A DNA stretch of 64,000 bases from a virus (IMGVR_UViG_3300035698_007626:708-64707), one strand, 5' to 3'. Positions 27,191 through 37,730 are shown, numbered from the stretch's first letter. The notes: a model not told the origin generated them from the letters alone. Numbers and translations: made by a program.

Positions 27191-27648
27191 GTGAAAGAGA
27201 TAAGCCCCGTCAGACGCGCGAGTCGGAAGCGCGAGAACTAAAGTGGGTACCCCCCACGGCTCTTGAGACCCCCACCCCTCCCGAAGGTTTTTCTTACAGG
27301 TGGGTGCGACATGAGCTTGTAGGCGAAGACCAGTCTGGTAACGTCTATAACAGATTACGGCAGCACTATGAGCCCGTTACTGCGGACGAGCTGGCTGGTT
27401 TCGATGTTGAAAGCATGGAAGACGGCAAGCACGCAGGCGTGGTTCGAAGTGGTGACCTCATCCTGATGAAGGCCCCTACGACTATTACAGAGCAGCGTAA
27501 AGAGCATTACGCTAAGCAGAATAAGTTGATGGAACAGGCTATCGATCAGGAGATGGCGGCAAGGACTCCCAAGTCGATGCCGTTTTCTAACGAGAGTGAC
27601 CCCGCTAAGGTATCCTTTGGCAAGCGCTCTCCGACTATCGAGGACTGA
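27187..27648 (+). CDS. Conserved head-module protein
   Basis: W.PP..L..P.PPEG..YRWVR, G.LILMK motif typical of this module. Confidence 0.65.
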   Translation: MSERDKPRQTRESEARELKWVPPTALETPTPPEGFSYRWVRHELVGEDQSGNVYNRLRQHYEPVTADELAGFDVESMEDGKHAGVVRSGDLILMKAPTTITEQRKEHYAKQNKLMEQAIDQEMAARTPKSMPFSNESDPAKVSFGKRSPTIED

Positions 27649-27691
27649 TACGGAGGGTATGGTCCTCGCCACCTAATTAGGAGTAAACTAT

Positions 27692-28285
27692 ATGGCTTAC
27701 GGACTTAAGCCGGTTAAGCATGCGGCTGGTGGTGTTGTGCGGTACAACAACTATATGAACTACCGCATTAAGGACCAGTACGCGACGGCGCTTTACACCG
27801 GTGATCCAGTGATCCTCTCCAGTGAGGGTTATGTTAATATCGCTATCGGTTCCGCCGGTACACCTTCTACCGCTTTGCTTGGTGTATTTTGGGGTGTCAA
27901 GTATCAGGATGCGACTTCGGGCGAAGTCAAAATCCAGAAGTACTGGCCGGCTAGCACTGACGCGGACGGTGAAATTGAGGCGCTGGTGATCGACGATCCC
28001 AACGTGCTCTTCATGGTCGAATCCAATCAGGCAGCCACCGCGCTTCTTGCCAATGACATTGGCACCAACTGTGATCTCGTAGCAGCTGCGGGCTCCACCG
28101 TTACCGGCCTCTCGGGTTGGGCGTTGGATTCCAGTGAGACTGCCACGGGCACTGCTCAAGTACGAATTGTCGGTTCCGCCGAAGAAGACGGGCAGCCCCG
28201 TCAGAACTTCACCGCAGCGGGTACGACTATGGACGTGTTTGTCCGCCTGAATGAGCACTTCTGGCTCAGCACGACCGGCATCTAA
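27692..28285 (+). CDS. Putative capsid decoration/cement protein
   Basis: YGLKPV, YTGDPV, LGVF.GV.Y, DDPN.LF; immediately upstream of the capsid gene. Confidence 0.65.
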   Translation: MAYGLKPVKHAAGGVVRYNNYMNYRIKDQYATALYTGDPVILSSEGYVNIAIGSAGTPSTALLGVFWGVKYQDATSGEVKIQKYWPASTDADGEIEALVIDDPNVLFMVESNQAATALLANDIGTNCDLVAAAGSTVTGLSGWALDSSETATGTAQVRIVGSAEEDGQPRQNFTAAGTTMDVFVRLNEHFWLSTTGI

Positions 28286-28299
28286 GGAGTAATTAAACT

Positions 28300-29208
28300 A
28301 TGGCACTTACTCGTACACAAATCGTTAAGCACCTTGAGCCGGGCCTCAATGCTATCTTTGGTCAGGCTTATAAGGGCTATGAAAACGAGCACGAAGTCCT
28401 CTTCGATAAGGAGTCGTCCAGTCGGGCGTTCGAGGAAGAGGTTCTGTTCCCCGGTTTCGCTGGTGCATTTGTCAAGCCTGAGGGCTCGGCGGTTGCATAT
28501 GCTGAAACCGGCGAAGGCTACACTGCCCGCCATGTGATGGACACCATTGCGCTGGCGTTTGCTTTGACTGAAGAGGCCATGGAGGACAACCTCTATGACT
28601 CGATGTCCAAGCGGCTATCCAAGGCCTTGGCCCGCGCCATGGCACACACCAAGCAGGTTAAGGCGGCAGCCGTCTACAACAACGGCTTCTCCAGCATCTA
28701 TCCGGGCGGCGATGGCAAGGAACTCTTTGCCACGAACCATCCTCTGCAGGATGGCGGCACCGGGCGCAACGAGCTGTCTACTGCGGCGGATCTCTCTGAG
28801 ACCTCGCTGGAGACGGCGCTGATTGACATCGCGGGTATCACCGACGATAAGTCGATTCCTATCGCACTGCAGGCACGGTCGCTGCATATTCCGCGCCAGC
28901 TGCTCTTTGTGGCTGAGCGAATTATGCGGTCGCCCTATCGCCCCGCCACTGCTGACAATGATGTGAACGCCATCTACAACACCGGCATGCTGCCCGGCGG
29001 CTATCACGTTAATCATCGCTTCACCGACACGGACGCTTGGTTCATTCGAACCGATTGCCCGGACGGCATGAAGCACTTCGAGCGCGTCGGCATCTCCACC
29101 AAGATGGAAGGCGATTTCGAATCTGGCAATATGCGCTACAAGGCCCGGGAGCGTTACTCCTTCGGTTGGTCTGACTGGCGTGCGGCCTTTGGTTCAGCGG
29201 GCAACTAG
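28300..29208 (+). CDS. Major capsid protein (HK97 fold)
   Basis: LEPGLNA.FG, SSRAFEEEV, TEEAMEDNLY, GDG..LF..NHP, YKARERYSFGWSDWR; strong RBS and terminator. Confidence 0.9.
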   Translation: MALTRTQIVKHLEPGLNAIFGQAYKGYENEHEVLFDKESSSRAFEEEVLFPGFAGAFVKPEGSAVAYAETGEGYTARHVMDTIALAFALTEEAMEDNLYDSMSKRLSKALARAMAHTKQVKAAAVYNNGFSSIYPGGDGKELFATNHPLQDGGTGRNELSTAADLSETSLETALIDIAGITDDKSIPIALQARSLHIPRQLLFVAERIMRSPYRPATADNDVNAIYNTGMLPGGYHVNHRFTDTDAWFIRTDCPDGMKHFERVGISTKMEGDFESGNMRYKARERYSFGWSDWRAAFGSAGN

Positions 29209-29233
29209 TCCTAACTGATCCTATCGTGTAATT

Positions 29234-29261
29234 GAGGGGGGACCGAAATCCCCCCTCTTTT
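29234..29261 (+). terminator. Rho-independent terminator after the capsid gene
   Basis: GAGGGGGGA/TCCCCCCTC stem then TTTT. Confidence 0.8.
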
Positions 29262-29273
29262 GCTTGGTGGTTG

Positions 29274-29303
29274 TTGAATTGCGGGCTGCCACTGTGATAC
29301 TAT
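29274..29303 (+). promoter_or_regulatory. sigma70-like late promoter
   Basis: TTGAAT-N18-TACTAT with extended TG. Confidence 0.55.
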
Positions 29304-29370
29304 TAACATAGTCTCATTCGGCTCCCCCTAGGGGGGCTTTGGGCTATTAACCCTATGGAATGGAAAGATA

Positions 29371-30297
29371 ATGCCTAATTCTAATTTTCCGAACGGTTTT
29401 AACTATGGGCTCGTTGTCCGTGGTATGCCGATTCTAAACTCTTACGGCGGCGACGTCTACTGGGTCGATTCCAATGTCGGTGGTAACGAGGGCACCTTTG
29501 CGCGCCCGTTCACCTCGATGGAAGTAGCCACTAACAGCGGCGTGCTGAGTGCGGGTGATATCGTGATGGTCAAGCCCGGCCACGTTGAAACTGTTATTGC
29601 AGCTGGCGGTCTCACTCTTGACGTAGAGGGCGTGGCTTATGTCGGCCTCGGCTCGGGCTCTAATCGACCTCAGGTCAATTTCACCACGGCGGTCGGTGCT
29701 GACATGGATGTGGACGCGGCCAATATCACTACGGCCAATTTCTTGTTCACAGGCGGCGTTGATGCGCTCACAGGTCCGATCGACGTTAACGCGGCTGACT
29801 TCACTATGGTCAATTGCGAGACGCGCGATGTCACCGGTCAGGCCACCGACTTCATCGTGACCGACGCCAACGCTGATCGCTTCTCCCTCGTCGGGTGGAC
29901 TCATAGGGGCGCGGCTACCGCTGGTGCAGACACTGCCCTCAGCATTGTGGGCGGCGCGGACATCACTGTCATCCCTGAGTTTGTTGACGGTAACTTCGAA
30001 GTGGCGGCTATCGAAAATGTCACTACGGCAGCCACCAACTTGCAGGTATTCGGTTCTGGTGCATACCCGGCTTACCTGCGGACGCGTAACGCGGCTGATG
30101 TGATCTTCACAGCGGTTTCCACCTCTACCGGGCGCGTCGGACCTAACCTGAATGTGCGGCTGCAGGACGATGCAGCTAACGTCACTGAGTCCTTTGTCGG
30201 CGCGGATATGAACTTCTTCCAGCCGATCAATGTCACGAATGCTGACGGTGAGTCTTCGTTGCAGCTGAATATCGCGGCTTCGACCGACGCCTCCTAA
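29371..30297 (+). CDS. Virion protein, probable beta-helix (head spike/fibre-like)
   Basis: Ala/Thr/Val/Asp-rich; YWVDS...PFTS...GDIVMVKPGH pattern. Confidence 0.55.
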   Translation: MPNSNFPNGFNYGLVVRGMPILNSYGGDVYWVDSNVGGNEGTFARPFTSMEVATNSGVLSAGDIVMVKPGHVETVIAAGGLTLDVEGVAYVGLGSGSNRPQVNFTTAVGADMDVDAANITTANFLFTGGVDALTGPIDVNAADFTMVNCETRDVTGQATDFIVTDANADRFSLVGWTHRGAATAGADTALSIVGGADITVIPEFVDGNFEVAAIENVTTAATNLQVFGSGAYPAYLRTRNAADVIFTAVSTSTGRVGPNLNVRLQDDAANVTESFVGADMNFFQPINVTNADGESSLQLNIAASTDAS

Positions 30298-30746
30298 TGA
30301 AGGTTGCGCTTGTAGCAAAGGGGCCATCCCGGTTGTCTTTCTTTTCCCAGAGAGACTCCGGGGAGCTTCCCGAGAGTTGCACCCGAGCAGCCTTGAACTT
30401 CAAGAAAGTTTGCTACACGTGCAAAGAATATGATGAAGTGCCCAACGCCGTGCGTTACCCCATTGAGCAGGTTGCTAAAAAGCTCCCCGTATTCATTCGG
30501 GATTTTGCACTAACCTCGACGGTGGCGTACGCGTTGGCCTTCACGCGCTACATGGTTGTTGAACAGATGGACTTGTACGGAGTGGATTTCGACGATAGCC
30601 GCCATCACACCCAGCACGTTTCCTGCGCTCTAATAGCGGGTTACATTATGGGACAAGGAACAGGCATTACTGTTGTAGAAGATAGTAAATTTTGTTTTCG
30701 CAATGAGCCGCATAAGTATCTACATTACGGCTTCTCAAGACTTTAA
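30297..30746 (+). CDS. Glycosyltransferase-like protein (GT29/DUF115-like motifs), possibly internally shortened
   Basis: KVALVAKGPS, YPIEQV, TSTVAYAL, LYGVDF. Confidence 0.45.
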   Translation: MKVALVAKGPSRLSFFSQRDSGELPESCTRAALNFKKVCYTCKEYDEVPNAVRYPIEQVAKKLPVFIRDFALTSTVAYALAFTRYMVVEQMDLYGVDFDDSRHHTQHVSCALIAGYIMGQGTGITVVEDSKFCFRNEPHKYLHYGFSRL

Positions 30747-30788
30747 CTCTTATTTCGGGCGCTCACAGTTGCCCGTATGGAAAAATAA

Positions 30789-31166
30789 ATGGCAGACGCA
30801 GTTACCTCCCAAACTCTCGCAGATGGCACCAAGACCGCCGTCCTCAAATTCACAAACATTTCTGATGGAACCGGGGAGTCCGCCATTAAGAAGGTGGATG
30901 CCTCCGCTCTGGGCGATGCCCCTACCGACCTCAAAATTCAGCGTATGTGGTACAGCACCTCCGGGATGTCTGTTAACATCTTATGGGATGCCTCTGCCAA
31001 TGTCACTGCGTATGTAGCAGCGGCCGACGGTTACCAAGACTTTCGGTGTTTCGGTGGACTCAAGAACAACGCCTCCACCGGTAAGACTGGAGACATCCTT
31101 TTTACCACAGTGGGGCACACTGCTAACGATACTTACACCGTCATCCTTGAAGTGAGTAAATCCTAA
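30789..31166 (+). CDS. Conserved virion structural protein
   Basis: MADAVTSQT...KFTNISDGTGES...DF..FGGL.NNA..GKTGDI. Confidence 0.65.
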   Translation: MADAVTSQTLADGTKTAVLKFTNISDGTGESAIKKVDASALGDAPTDLKIQRMWYSTSGMSVNILWDASANVTAYVAAADGYQDFRCFGGLKNNASTGKTGDILFTTVGHTANDTYTVILEVSKS

Positions 31167-31435
31167 TGAGCGGCGATCCCAGTGGTTGGTTAAAGATTCT
31201 AGTTACGGTCGTCTTGATGGCCACCACCGGTATGGCGACGTGGCTTTGGAAACTAGATAATCGCAGTTTTGATTATGTCACCCGTATGGAACTTCAGCGA
31301 GAGATTAAAAGTATTGAAGTGAATTCAAATCGCGGATTTGATCGAATGGAAGTTTGGATGCAGCGTTTAGCTGACCAAATTCTAACTTTAAACAAAAGCA
31401 TCAATAAGAAGCAAGATAGGGAAGCGCGGCCCTAA
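31166..31435 (+). CDS. Membrane-anchored coiled-coil protein
   Basis: One N-terminal TM helix then a coiled coil. Confidence 0.55.
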   Translation: MSGDPSGWLKILVTVVLMATTGMATWLWKLDNRSFDYVTRMELQREIKSIEVNSNRGFDRMEVWMQRLADQILTLNKSINKKQDREARP

Positions 31436-32109
31436 TGGCAACTAGCGGAACATATACATGGGATCTTCAAGTTGACGATGTTATCGAATCCGCTTTTGAA
31501 CACTGTGGTCTAGAAGTAACATCGGGGCGCGACCTTGCCATCGGCAAGCGTAACCTCAATCTACTGCTGACCTCGTGGGTCAACGATGGCGTCAACCTCT
31601 GGACGGTCGATCAGGCCACCATCGACCTCACTGCCTCTACGCAGTCCTACACCCTAGATTCGCAAGTCGTGGACATCCTCGATGCGGTCTCGCGCGAAAC
31701 GGCCAGCGGCACCGATCAGGAGATGAGTGCCGTCTCAATGTCCGAATATCTAAACCGCCCCAACAAAGATACCGGCGGGCGGCCTGTCCACTATACCACG
31801 GAGCGTAATCAAAGTGGCCCCACGCTCTATGTCTGGCCCGTCCCCACCGATACCTCGTACGACATGGTGGTTTGGCAGATTCGCTACCCACAGGATAGCG
31901 AGTACACGGCATCCCCCGATGCGCCCCGACGCTTCTACCCGGCGCTGACGTGGGGCCTTGCGGAGTGGATCGCCATTGAGAAAATGGATAAGGTGGGCCT
32001 TGAGCGCCAGCAGCTTATCCAGAATATGTCCAGCAAACTCTACAACGCGGCCAAGGGTGAGGACCGTGAGCGGGCCTCCCTCTACCTCGTGCCCGGAAGA
32101 TCGCGCTAA
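31435..32109 (+). CDS. Head-tail adaptor (tail tubular protein A-like)
   Basis: MATSGT...LNLLL..W.N.GVNLW, PNK...GRP, YVWPVP, EDRERAS. Confidence 0.75.
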   Translation: MATSGTYTWDLQVDDVIESAFEHCGLEVTSGRDLAIGKRNLNLLLTSWVNDGVNLWTVDQATIDLTASTQSYTLDSQVVDILDAVSRETASGTDQEMSAVSMSEYLNRPNKDTGGRPVHYTTERNQSGPTLYVWPVPTDTSYDMVVWQIRYPQDSEYTASPDAPRRFYPALTWGLAEWIAIEKMDKVGLERQQLIQNMSSKLYNAAKGEDRERASLYLVPGRSR

Positions 32110-32597
32110 TGGGACGTTGGGCACGCGGCAAGCATTCAAAAGCAATCAGCGACCGCTCTGGCCGCAAGTTTCCCTACAGGGAGATGGTCACGGAGTGGAC
32201 GGGGGCGCGCGTCCATAAGAGTGAATTTGAGCCCAAGCACCCGCAGCTTACGCCGCGCCGCAATATCAACGACCCCCAAACTCTCGCAGACCCCCGGCCT
32301 GACAGCGATGGCCGCAGCATTTATTTAAACATCGGGCGCATCGGCAATCCCGCGACCGGCGAAATGCCCCGTGCCTTGCACCTCGGCGCCCACGTCGGGC
32401 ACTTCTTAGTTTACTTATTCCCTCAGACTAACGCAACAGGCGTGGTCGCAACCGCCGCAGCGGGCACAGTCACGCCCTGCATAGAGTTCACTGAGGGGGG
32501 AAACGCGGCAACTGTTGCCGTGGGGAGCGTTACCATCGCATTTGATGAGTTGAGTTTCAGTACAGACACTTGGGGAACCAACACCTATGGCAACTAA
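32109..32597 (+). CDS. Conserved virion protein
   Basis: ARGKH.KAISDRSG..FPY.EM..EW.G..VH.SEFEPKHPQL, DPRPD. Confidence 0.65.
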   Translation: MGRWARGKHSKAISDRSGRKFPYREMVTEWTGARVHKSEFEPKHPQLTPRRNINDPQTLADPRPDSDGRSIYLNIGRIGNPATGEMPRALHLGAHVGHFLVYLFPQTNATGVVATAAAGTVTPCIEFTEGGNAATVAVGSVTIAFDELSFSTDTWGTNTYGN

Positions 32598-33261
32598 TCA
32601 CACCACGCTCATTCAGGATATTCAGGACTGGCTCGAAAACGACGCCACTGAGTTCACTGACAACATCGATACCTTCATTCGGCTGGCGGAAGAGCGTATT
32701 GCTCGCGACCTCGATGCGCGCGGCCATGCCCAATTTCGCACCAGCGCCGCCTTAACCGTGGCGGATACGGCCTCAGCCTCCAGCGCTCTGCCCTCCGACT
32801 TTCTGAGGGCGCGCTATCTGCGTATCCAGAGTGGCGCCTTCCTATTGCGCAAGGACGAGACCTTCATCTACGAGATTGACCCGAGCGCCACCGCCGGAAC
32901 CCCTAAGTATTACGCCGAGGTAGGCACGGCTGACATCGAATCGGGGGCGACCTCCTTTGTAGTGGCGCCGGCCTCCAGTGGCGGGCACACCCTAGATTTA
33001 GGCTACGTGAATCGTCCCTCCCCCCTCACAGCTAGCAATGCGACTTCGTGGCTTACGAACAACGCCGAAGACCTTCTACTGCGCGCCTGCCTGCTGGAGG
33101 GGGCCATCTTCATGCAGATGGATGACGGCGATCTTCAAACCCATGCCACCACATACAACGATGCCTTGGGCTCGCTGCTTAAAGAGCAGAAATTGCGGCG
33201 CGACAGCGATGATTACCGCAAAGGGGAACGAGTTGAAAACGCTGGCAATTCTGGAGTATAA
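32587..33261 (+). CDS. Second head-tail adaptor-like protein
   Basis: L..DIQDW.E, FIRLAE.RI, G.PKYYA, SWL..NAEDLLL.A.L.E. Confidence 0.7.
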   Translation: MATNHTTLIQDIQDWLENDATEFTDNIDTFIRLAEERIARDLDARGHAQFRTSAALTVADTASASSALPSDFLRARYLRIQSGAFLLRKDETFIYEIDPSATAGTPKYYAEVGTADIESGATSFVVAPASSGGHTLDLGYVNRPSPLTASNATSWLTNNAEDLLLRACLLEGAIFMQMDDGDLQTHATTYNDALGSLLKEQKLRRDSDDYRKGERVENAGNSGV

Positions 33262-33268
33262 TTAGACT

Positions 33269-33700
33269 ATGGCTATTACACAAGCAGTGTGCAATTCTTT
33301 CAAGCAAGAGCTTATGCAAGAGGAGCACGACTTAGACAATGACACATTCAAGATTGCGCTGTTCACGTCGAGCGCCACCCTCGGTGCAGGTACCACGGCC
33401 TACGCAGTGACCAATGAGGTGAGCAGCACGGGTGGCACGGGTTATACGGCAGGAGGCAAAACCCTTGCCCTAGCAGCCGGGCCTGCTTTATCGGGCAGCA
33501 CGGCCCTTGTGGATTGGGATGATGTGGCGTGGACCTCTTCTAGCTTTACGGCTCGGGGTGCTCTCATCTATAACAGCACCAACTCCAATAAGGCGGTCCT
33601 TGTCCTAGACTTTGGGGCGGACCAGACTATCGCGTCGGGCGCCTTAACGGTTGCATTTCCTACTGCCGACGCATCCAATGCAATTTTAAGGATTAGCTAA
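33269..33700 (+). CDS. Tail/virion structural protein
   Basis: MAITQAVCNSFKQEL, FKIALFTSSA, TARGALIYN, VLDFG.D. Confidence 0.65.
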   Translation: MAITQAVCNSFKQELMQEEHDLDNDTFKIALFTSSATLGAGTTAYAVTNEVSSTGGTGYTAGGKTLALAAGPALSGSTALVDWDDVAWTSSSFTARGALIYNSTNSNKAVLVLDFGADQTIASGALTVAFPTADASNAILRIS

Positions 33701-35169
33701 TGGCTTCCACTGCATCCGATCTTCTCAAACTTGAGCTTCAAACAACGGGTGAAAACGATGGCACTTGGGGCACCAAGCTTAACACGGCCCTCGCGCGGCT
33801 CGAAGAAGGTGTGGCGGGTGTCACTAATGTCACCATCACGTCCGGCGATTATACGCTGGACGACACTCAATACGCAGAGCACGACGACGGTTCCAACACC
33901 AGTGAGTCTCACGTGGCAGTCATCAAAGCCACTGGCACCCTGACCGCAGCCCGCGCTCTCAATGTGCCGGCCCGCACCAAGATCTATTGGGTGTGGAATG
34001 CCACAGGTTCAAACTTCAACCTAACTGTCCAAGTAACGGGCGGGGGTGGTAACGGTGTCGTTGTGCCTCGCAACACTGCGATGGCGTTGCTGTCAGATGG
34101 TACGGATATTGTAGCTTTGACGCCGGCAGTGGCTTCCTCCAACACAGCATCCGCGATCTCCGGCGATAATCTTCTGGATAATCCAGACTTTCGTATTGCG
34201 CAACGGGGCACAGCTTTTACCAGCGCGACGGCTCCTGCGAATTCAGACGACACGTATTTACTTGACCGTTGGGTGCTTCTCTCCGATGGCAACGATATCG
34301 TTGATGTAAATCAGAAGACTGACGGCGTTCTCGGTCCGTACAGCTACTTAGAAGCTGATGTAGAAAACACTGCAAAGAAGTTCGGCTTCTTGCAGATCAT
34401 CGAGCAGAAGAACCTTGGGGCGATCTCGGATGAAAGTCAAGTTGTCTCCTTATCCTTCAAAGCCAAAGTATCTGACGCTGCAAAGTTAGACAATATCAAA
34501 GCAGTTGTCTTGGCGTGGTCCAGCACGGCGGACAGCGTAACCTCGGACGTAGTGTCTGCATGGAATGTTGCCGATACCACGCCCACTTGGGCCACTAACT
34601 GGACTGCAGAGAATACTCCGGCAAACCTCTCAGTCACCACCAGTGAGGATACGTATCGAATCGAAAACATTGCGATTGATACTTCAGGTGTAAACAATCT
34701 CGCCGTATTTATTTGGTCGGACGCGGTAGCGGATAACGACACAGCCGGTACTACATTGCACCTAACTGACGTCAAGTTAGAGATTGGCTCCGTTGCCACC
34801 CCTCAAAGAGCTAGGCACGATATCGAAGAGTTTTTACGCTGCCTTAAGTACTGTTGGCAAATTAATAAGGCCTCCAGTGCTGGTTTTATTACCGGTTTCA
34901 ATCCGACAGCCACGAATGCGCGTTATCCTTTACAGTTTCCTGTAACGATGCGGGCCGCTCCATCTCTCACAGTTAGCGGTGTTGGGGACTTTCAAGTACG
35001 CCATGGTGCGACCAACTCTGACACTACAAATCTCACATTGGCGGGAGGCGATGCTCAAACGGCTTACTTATCGGCCACGGTAGCCTCCGGCCTTACGGCG
35101 GGACAGGCGAGCGCTCTATCCGGGGATGGCGGTGGCACCCGCTGGATTCGATTTAGCGCGGATTTGTAA
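33700..35169 (+). CDS. Tail fibre / receptor-binding protein
   Basis: TGEN.GTWG..N N-terminus; NLL.N.DFRIAQRG, DRW, V.LEIGSVATP, C..Y, F.V.MRAAP fibre motifs. Confidence 0.8.
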   Translation: MASTASDLLKLELQTTGENDGTWGTKLNTALARLEEGVAGVTNVTITSGDYTLDDTQYAEHDDGSNTSESHVAVIKATGTLTAARALNVPARTKIYWVWNATGSNFNLTVQVTGGGGNGVVVPRNTAMALLSDGTDIVALTPAVASSNTASAISGDNLLDNPDFRIAQRGTAFTSATAPANSDDTYLLDRWVLLSDGNDIVDVNQKTDGVLGPYSYLEADVENTAKKFGFLQIIEQKNLGAISDESQVVSLSFKAKVSDAAKLDNIKAVVLAWSSTADSVTSDVVSAWNVADTTPTWATNWTAENTPANLSVTTSEDTYRIENIAIDTSGVNNLAVFIWSDAVADNDTAGTTLHLTDVKLEIGSVATPQRARHDIEEFLRCLKYCWQINKASSAGFITGFNPTATNARYPLQFPVTMRAAPSLTVSGVGDFQVRHGATNSDTTNLTLAGGDAQTAYLSATVASGLTAGQASALSGDGGGTRWIRFSADL

Positions 35170-35170
35170 A

Positions 35171-35626
35171 ATGAAGCAATATGTTGATGTATATGGCGAC
35201 GGGACAATTTATCAAGCCGGAGATAATAGCATCCCAGCTTCCTCCGACAACGGGGACTTTGTTAAAATGCAGGCTGAATTGGCGGCGGGGGAGGCTGAAA
35301 TCACGGCGGCCCCTGTCTCAACTGCGGCGGCTATTGTGACAGACATCAAAGCAGAAGCGCAGCATCAAATCACCGTTGTGCTCGGTTTGCCTGAATGGAA
35401 GCAACGGAACATGATTATGCGCGCGGTGGAACTAGTTGAGAAAAAGGCTCTTGATGAGCCGTTGTCTGAAGCGGAGTTAGCTGAAGAGAGTCTACTCAAA
35501 GGGGCCGCCGCTATCATAAAGAATGTGCGCGTAGTGAGTAACAGTCTAGAGTTGGCCGCTGCCTCGCTCACGGAACAAGAGCGCGCTTCGTATAATGTGA
35601 AAAATGAGTTTGACGCTCTTCTTTGA
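35171..35626 (+). CDS. Putative tail fibre assembly chaperone
   Basis: IP...DN.DF and IKAEA...I....PEWKQRN motifs; follows the fibre gene. Confidence 0.6.
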   Translation: MKQYVDVYGDGTIYQAGDNSIPASSDNGDFVKMQAELAAGEAEITAAPVSTAAAIVTDIKAEAQHQITVVLGLPEWKQRNMIMRAVELVEKKALDEPLSEAELAEESLLKGAAAIIKNVRVVSNSLELAAASLTEQERASYNVKNEFDALL

Positions 35627-35643
35627 CATTCTGGAGAATGTAG

Positions 35644-37461
35644 TTGAAGCACCTGAAGCTGACTATTCCTCCGGGAGTTAGTCGTAACGACTTAACCTAC
35701 ACCACAGGGCCGCGCTGGCACAACAGCGATAAAATCCGATTTCATTACGGTCTACCTCAGCGCATCGGTGGGTGGGAGCATTTCGACAGTACACAACTCA
35801 CAGGCGCGGCCCGCAACCTACACCAGTGGCGGGCGCTCGATGGATTCCGCCTTCTATCAATCGGCACCACGTCGCATTTCTACACGTATCAAGGGGGGAC
35901 TCTCAGCGATGTTACGCCCCTGCGCGCGGCCACCGTTTCCATGCCCACCGACCCTTACACCACGGGCGCTGTCGGTAGCACCACTGTCACCGTAACCAAC
36001 ACGTCACACGGAGCAGTCACGGCGGCTCGTTACGTCCATACCAGCGCGGACGCGGTCGGCGACGGCATCACCATAACTCAAAATCAAGAATACTATATTA
36101 CTAAGGTGGATGATAACTCATTCACCATCACAGCCACCACAGGCACCGCCAGCAGCGGTAGCACGGCGTTCGGGGGTGGTAGCGTGACCGGCGATTACAC
36201 CATCAATCCCGGTAAAACAAACGCCATCTTGGGCTACGGCTGGGGCGCTAGCACTTATAGCGGCAGCACCTTCGGTACAGCGCGCACCACCAGTAACGTC
36301 ACCCTAGATCCGCGCATCTGGACCTCAGACAATTGGGGTGAGGACCTACTCGCATCCTACACTCCCAACGGTAAACTTTATTTATTCGATGAGTCCTCGC
36401 CCACAGCACGCATGACTGAAGTCTCCAATGCTCCCTCTCAAGTGGATCTTGTCCTAATCAGTGAGCCCGACCGGCATGCTGTGGCCTTTGGCGCGCACGA
36501 CGGCAGCAATTACGATCCCCTCCTGATTCGCTGGAGCGACCAAGAAGACTACACTACTTGGACGGCCAGCGCCACCAACACGGCGGGATCGCAGCGGCTC
36601 GGCAGCGGGAACCGAATCGTCGCAGCCAAAGAGGCGCGCGGGCAGATCTACGTATGGACCGATACCACCATGTACGCTATGCAATACGTGGGGCCGCCCT
36701 TCACCTTTGGCTTCCAGTCCTTAGGTAAGAACGAGGGGCCCCTCGGTCCGCACGCTGCGATTGTGTACAATGACATCGCTTATTGGAAATCAGATCGGGG
36801 TTTCTACGCCTATGACGGTTCCATTCGCCTCATCGAATGCCCGGTGGAAGACTACATTTTTGACAACCTCGACTCAGAACAGAGCCAAAAGGCTTTTGCG
36901 GGAGCCTGCAACGATTACAACGAGCTGTGGTTCTTCTACCAAACGAAGACCGCAACCAATGACGAGATCGACCGCTATGCCATCTATTCCATCCTTGACG
37001 GCTCGTGGGCCCTCGGCACCCTCGAACGCACCGCATGGACTGACCACGGTGTGTGGAAATCCCCCCTCGCAGTGGGGCAAGATAACTACATCTATGAGCA
37101 CGAACTTACCACCGGGGTGGATGCCAACGGCTCCCCCCTCGCAGCGTATGTCGAAAGCGGTAGTTTCGAGTTGGGCTCCAACGACCAAGAGCAGGGGCCC
37201 GGCGACCGCCTCGTCTACCTTGACCGGCTAATTCCCGACATAGACACCAGCGGCACGGTGAAGTTCACCCTCTACACGAAGCGCTACCCCAACGGCGCCG
37301 AGACCACCAAGGGCCCTTACAGTATCACCGACTCTACGAACAAAGTGGACTTGCGGGCGCGCGGGCGTACCTTCCGGGTCAGATTTGAAAACGACGACCT
37401 CGGTAATGCGTGGCGGCTCGGCCACAATCGGGTGCGCATGCGCTCACACGGGAGACGTTAA
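35644..37461 (+). CDS. Tail nozzle / head stabilisation protein (P22 gp10-like beta-propeller)
   Basis: PG..R, DKIRF..G.P.RIGGW, IRWSDQE, AGSQRL, ELWFFY, RTAW.D, RARGR. Confidence 0.8.
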   Translation: MKHLKLTIPPGVSRNDLTYTTGPRWHNSDKIRFHYGLPQRIGGWEHFDSTQLTGAARNLHQWRALDGFRLLSIGTTSHFYTYQGGTLSDVTPLRAATVSMPTDPYTTGAVGSTTVTVTNTSHGAVTAARYVHTSADAVGDGITITQNQEYYITKVDDNSFTITATTGTASSGSTAFGGGSVTGDYTINPGKTNAILGYGWGASTYSGSTFGTARTTSNVTLDPRIWTSDNWGEDLLASYTPNGKLYLFDESSPTARMTEVSNAPSQVDLVLISEPDRHAVAFGAHDGSNYDPLLIRWSDQEDYTTWTASATNTAGSQRLGSGNRIVAAKEARGQIYVWTDTTMYAMQYVGPPFTFGFQSLGKNEGPLGPHAAIVYNDIAYWKSDRGFYAYDGSIRLIECPVEDYIFDNLDSEQSQKAFAGACNDYNELWFFYQTKTATNDEIDRYAIYSILDGSWALGTLERTAWTDHGVWKSPLAVGQDNYIYEHELTTGVDANGSPLAAYVESGSFELGSNDQEQGPGDRLVYLDRLIPDIDTSGTVKFTLYTKRYPNGAETTKGPYSITDSTNKVDLRARGRTFRVRFENDDLGNAWRLGHNRVRMRSHGRR

Positions 37462-37730
37462 TGCCCATTGGCACAAATATTGCGCGCCCAATCTATCCGC
37501 GTTTCATCAATGAAGGCAGGGTGATGCAGGACTTGCGTATCCTAAAGGACGCGCTCGAACGGCGCGATCGGCAAGTGCCCATCTTCCCGGCCAACGTCAC
37601 CACCGGATTCCAAGTAACCAACGGCGTAGACACGTGGGATCTCGATGCAACCGGCTCAACCGCCGACACGGTGCGTAAGGTATTAGGAACACTCATCACT
37701 TACTTGCAAAACAACGGCACATTAAGGTAA
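37461..37730 (+). CDS. Hypothetical virion protein
   Basis: Coupled ORF in the tail module. Confidence 0.5.
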   Translation: MPIGTNIARPIYPRFINEGRVMQDLRILKDALERRDRQVPIFPANVTTGFQVTNGVDTWDLDATGSTADTVRKVLGTLITYLQNNGTLR

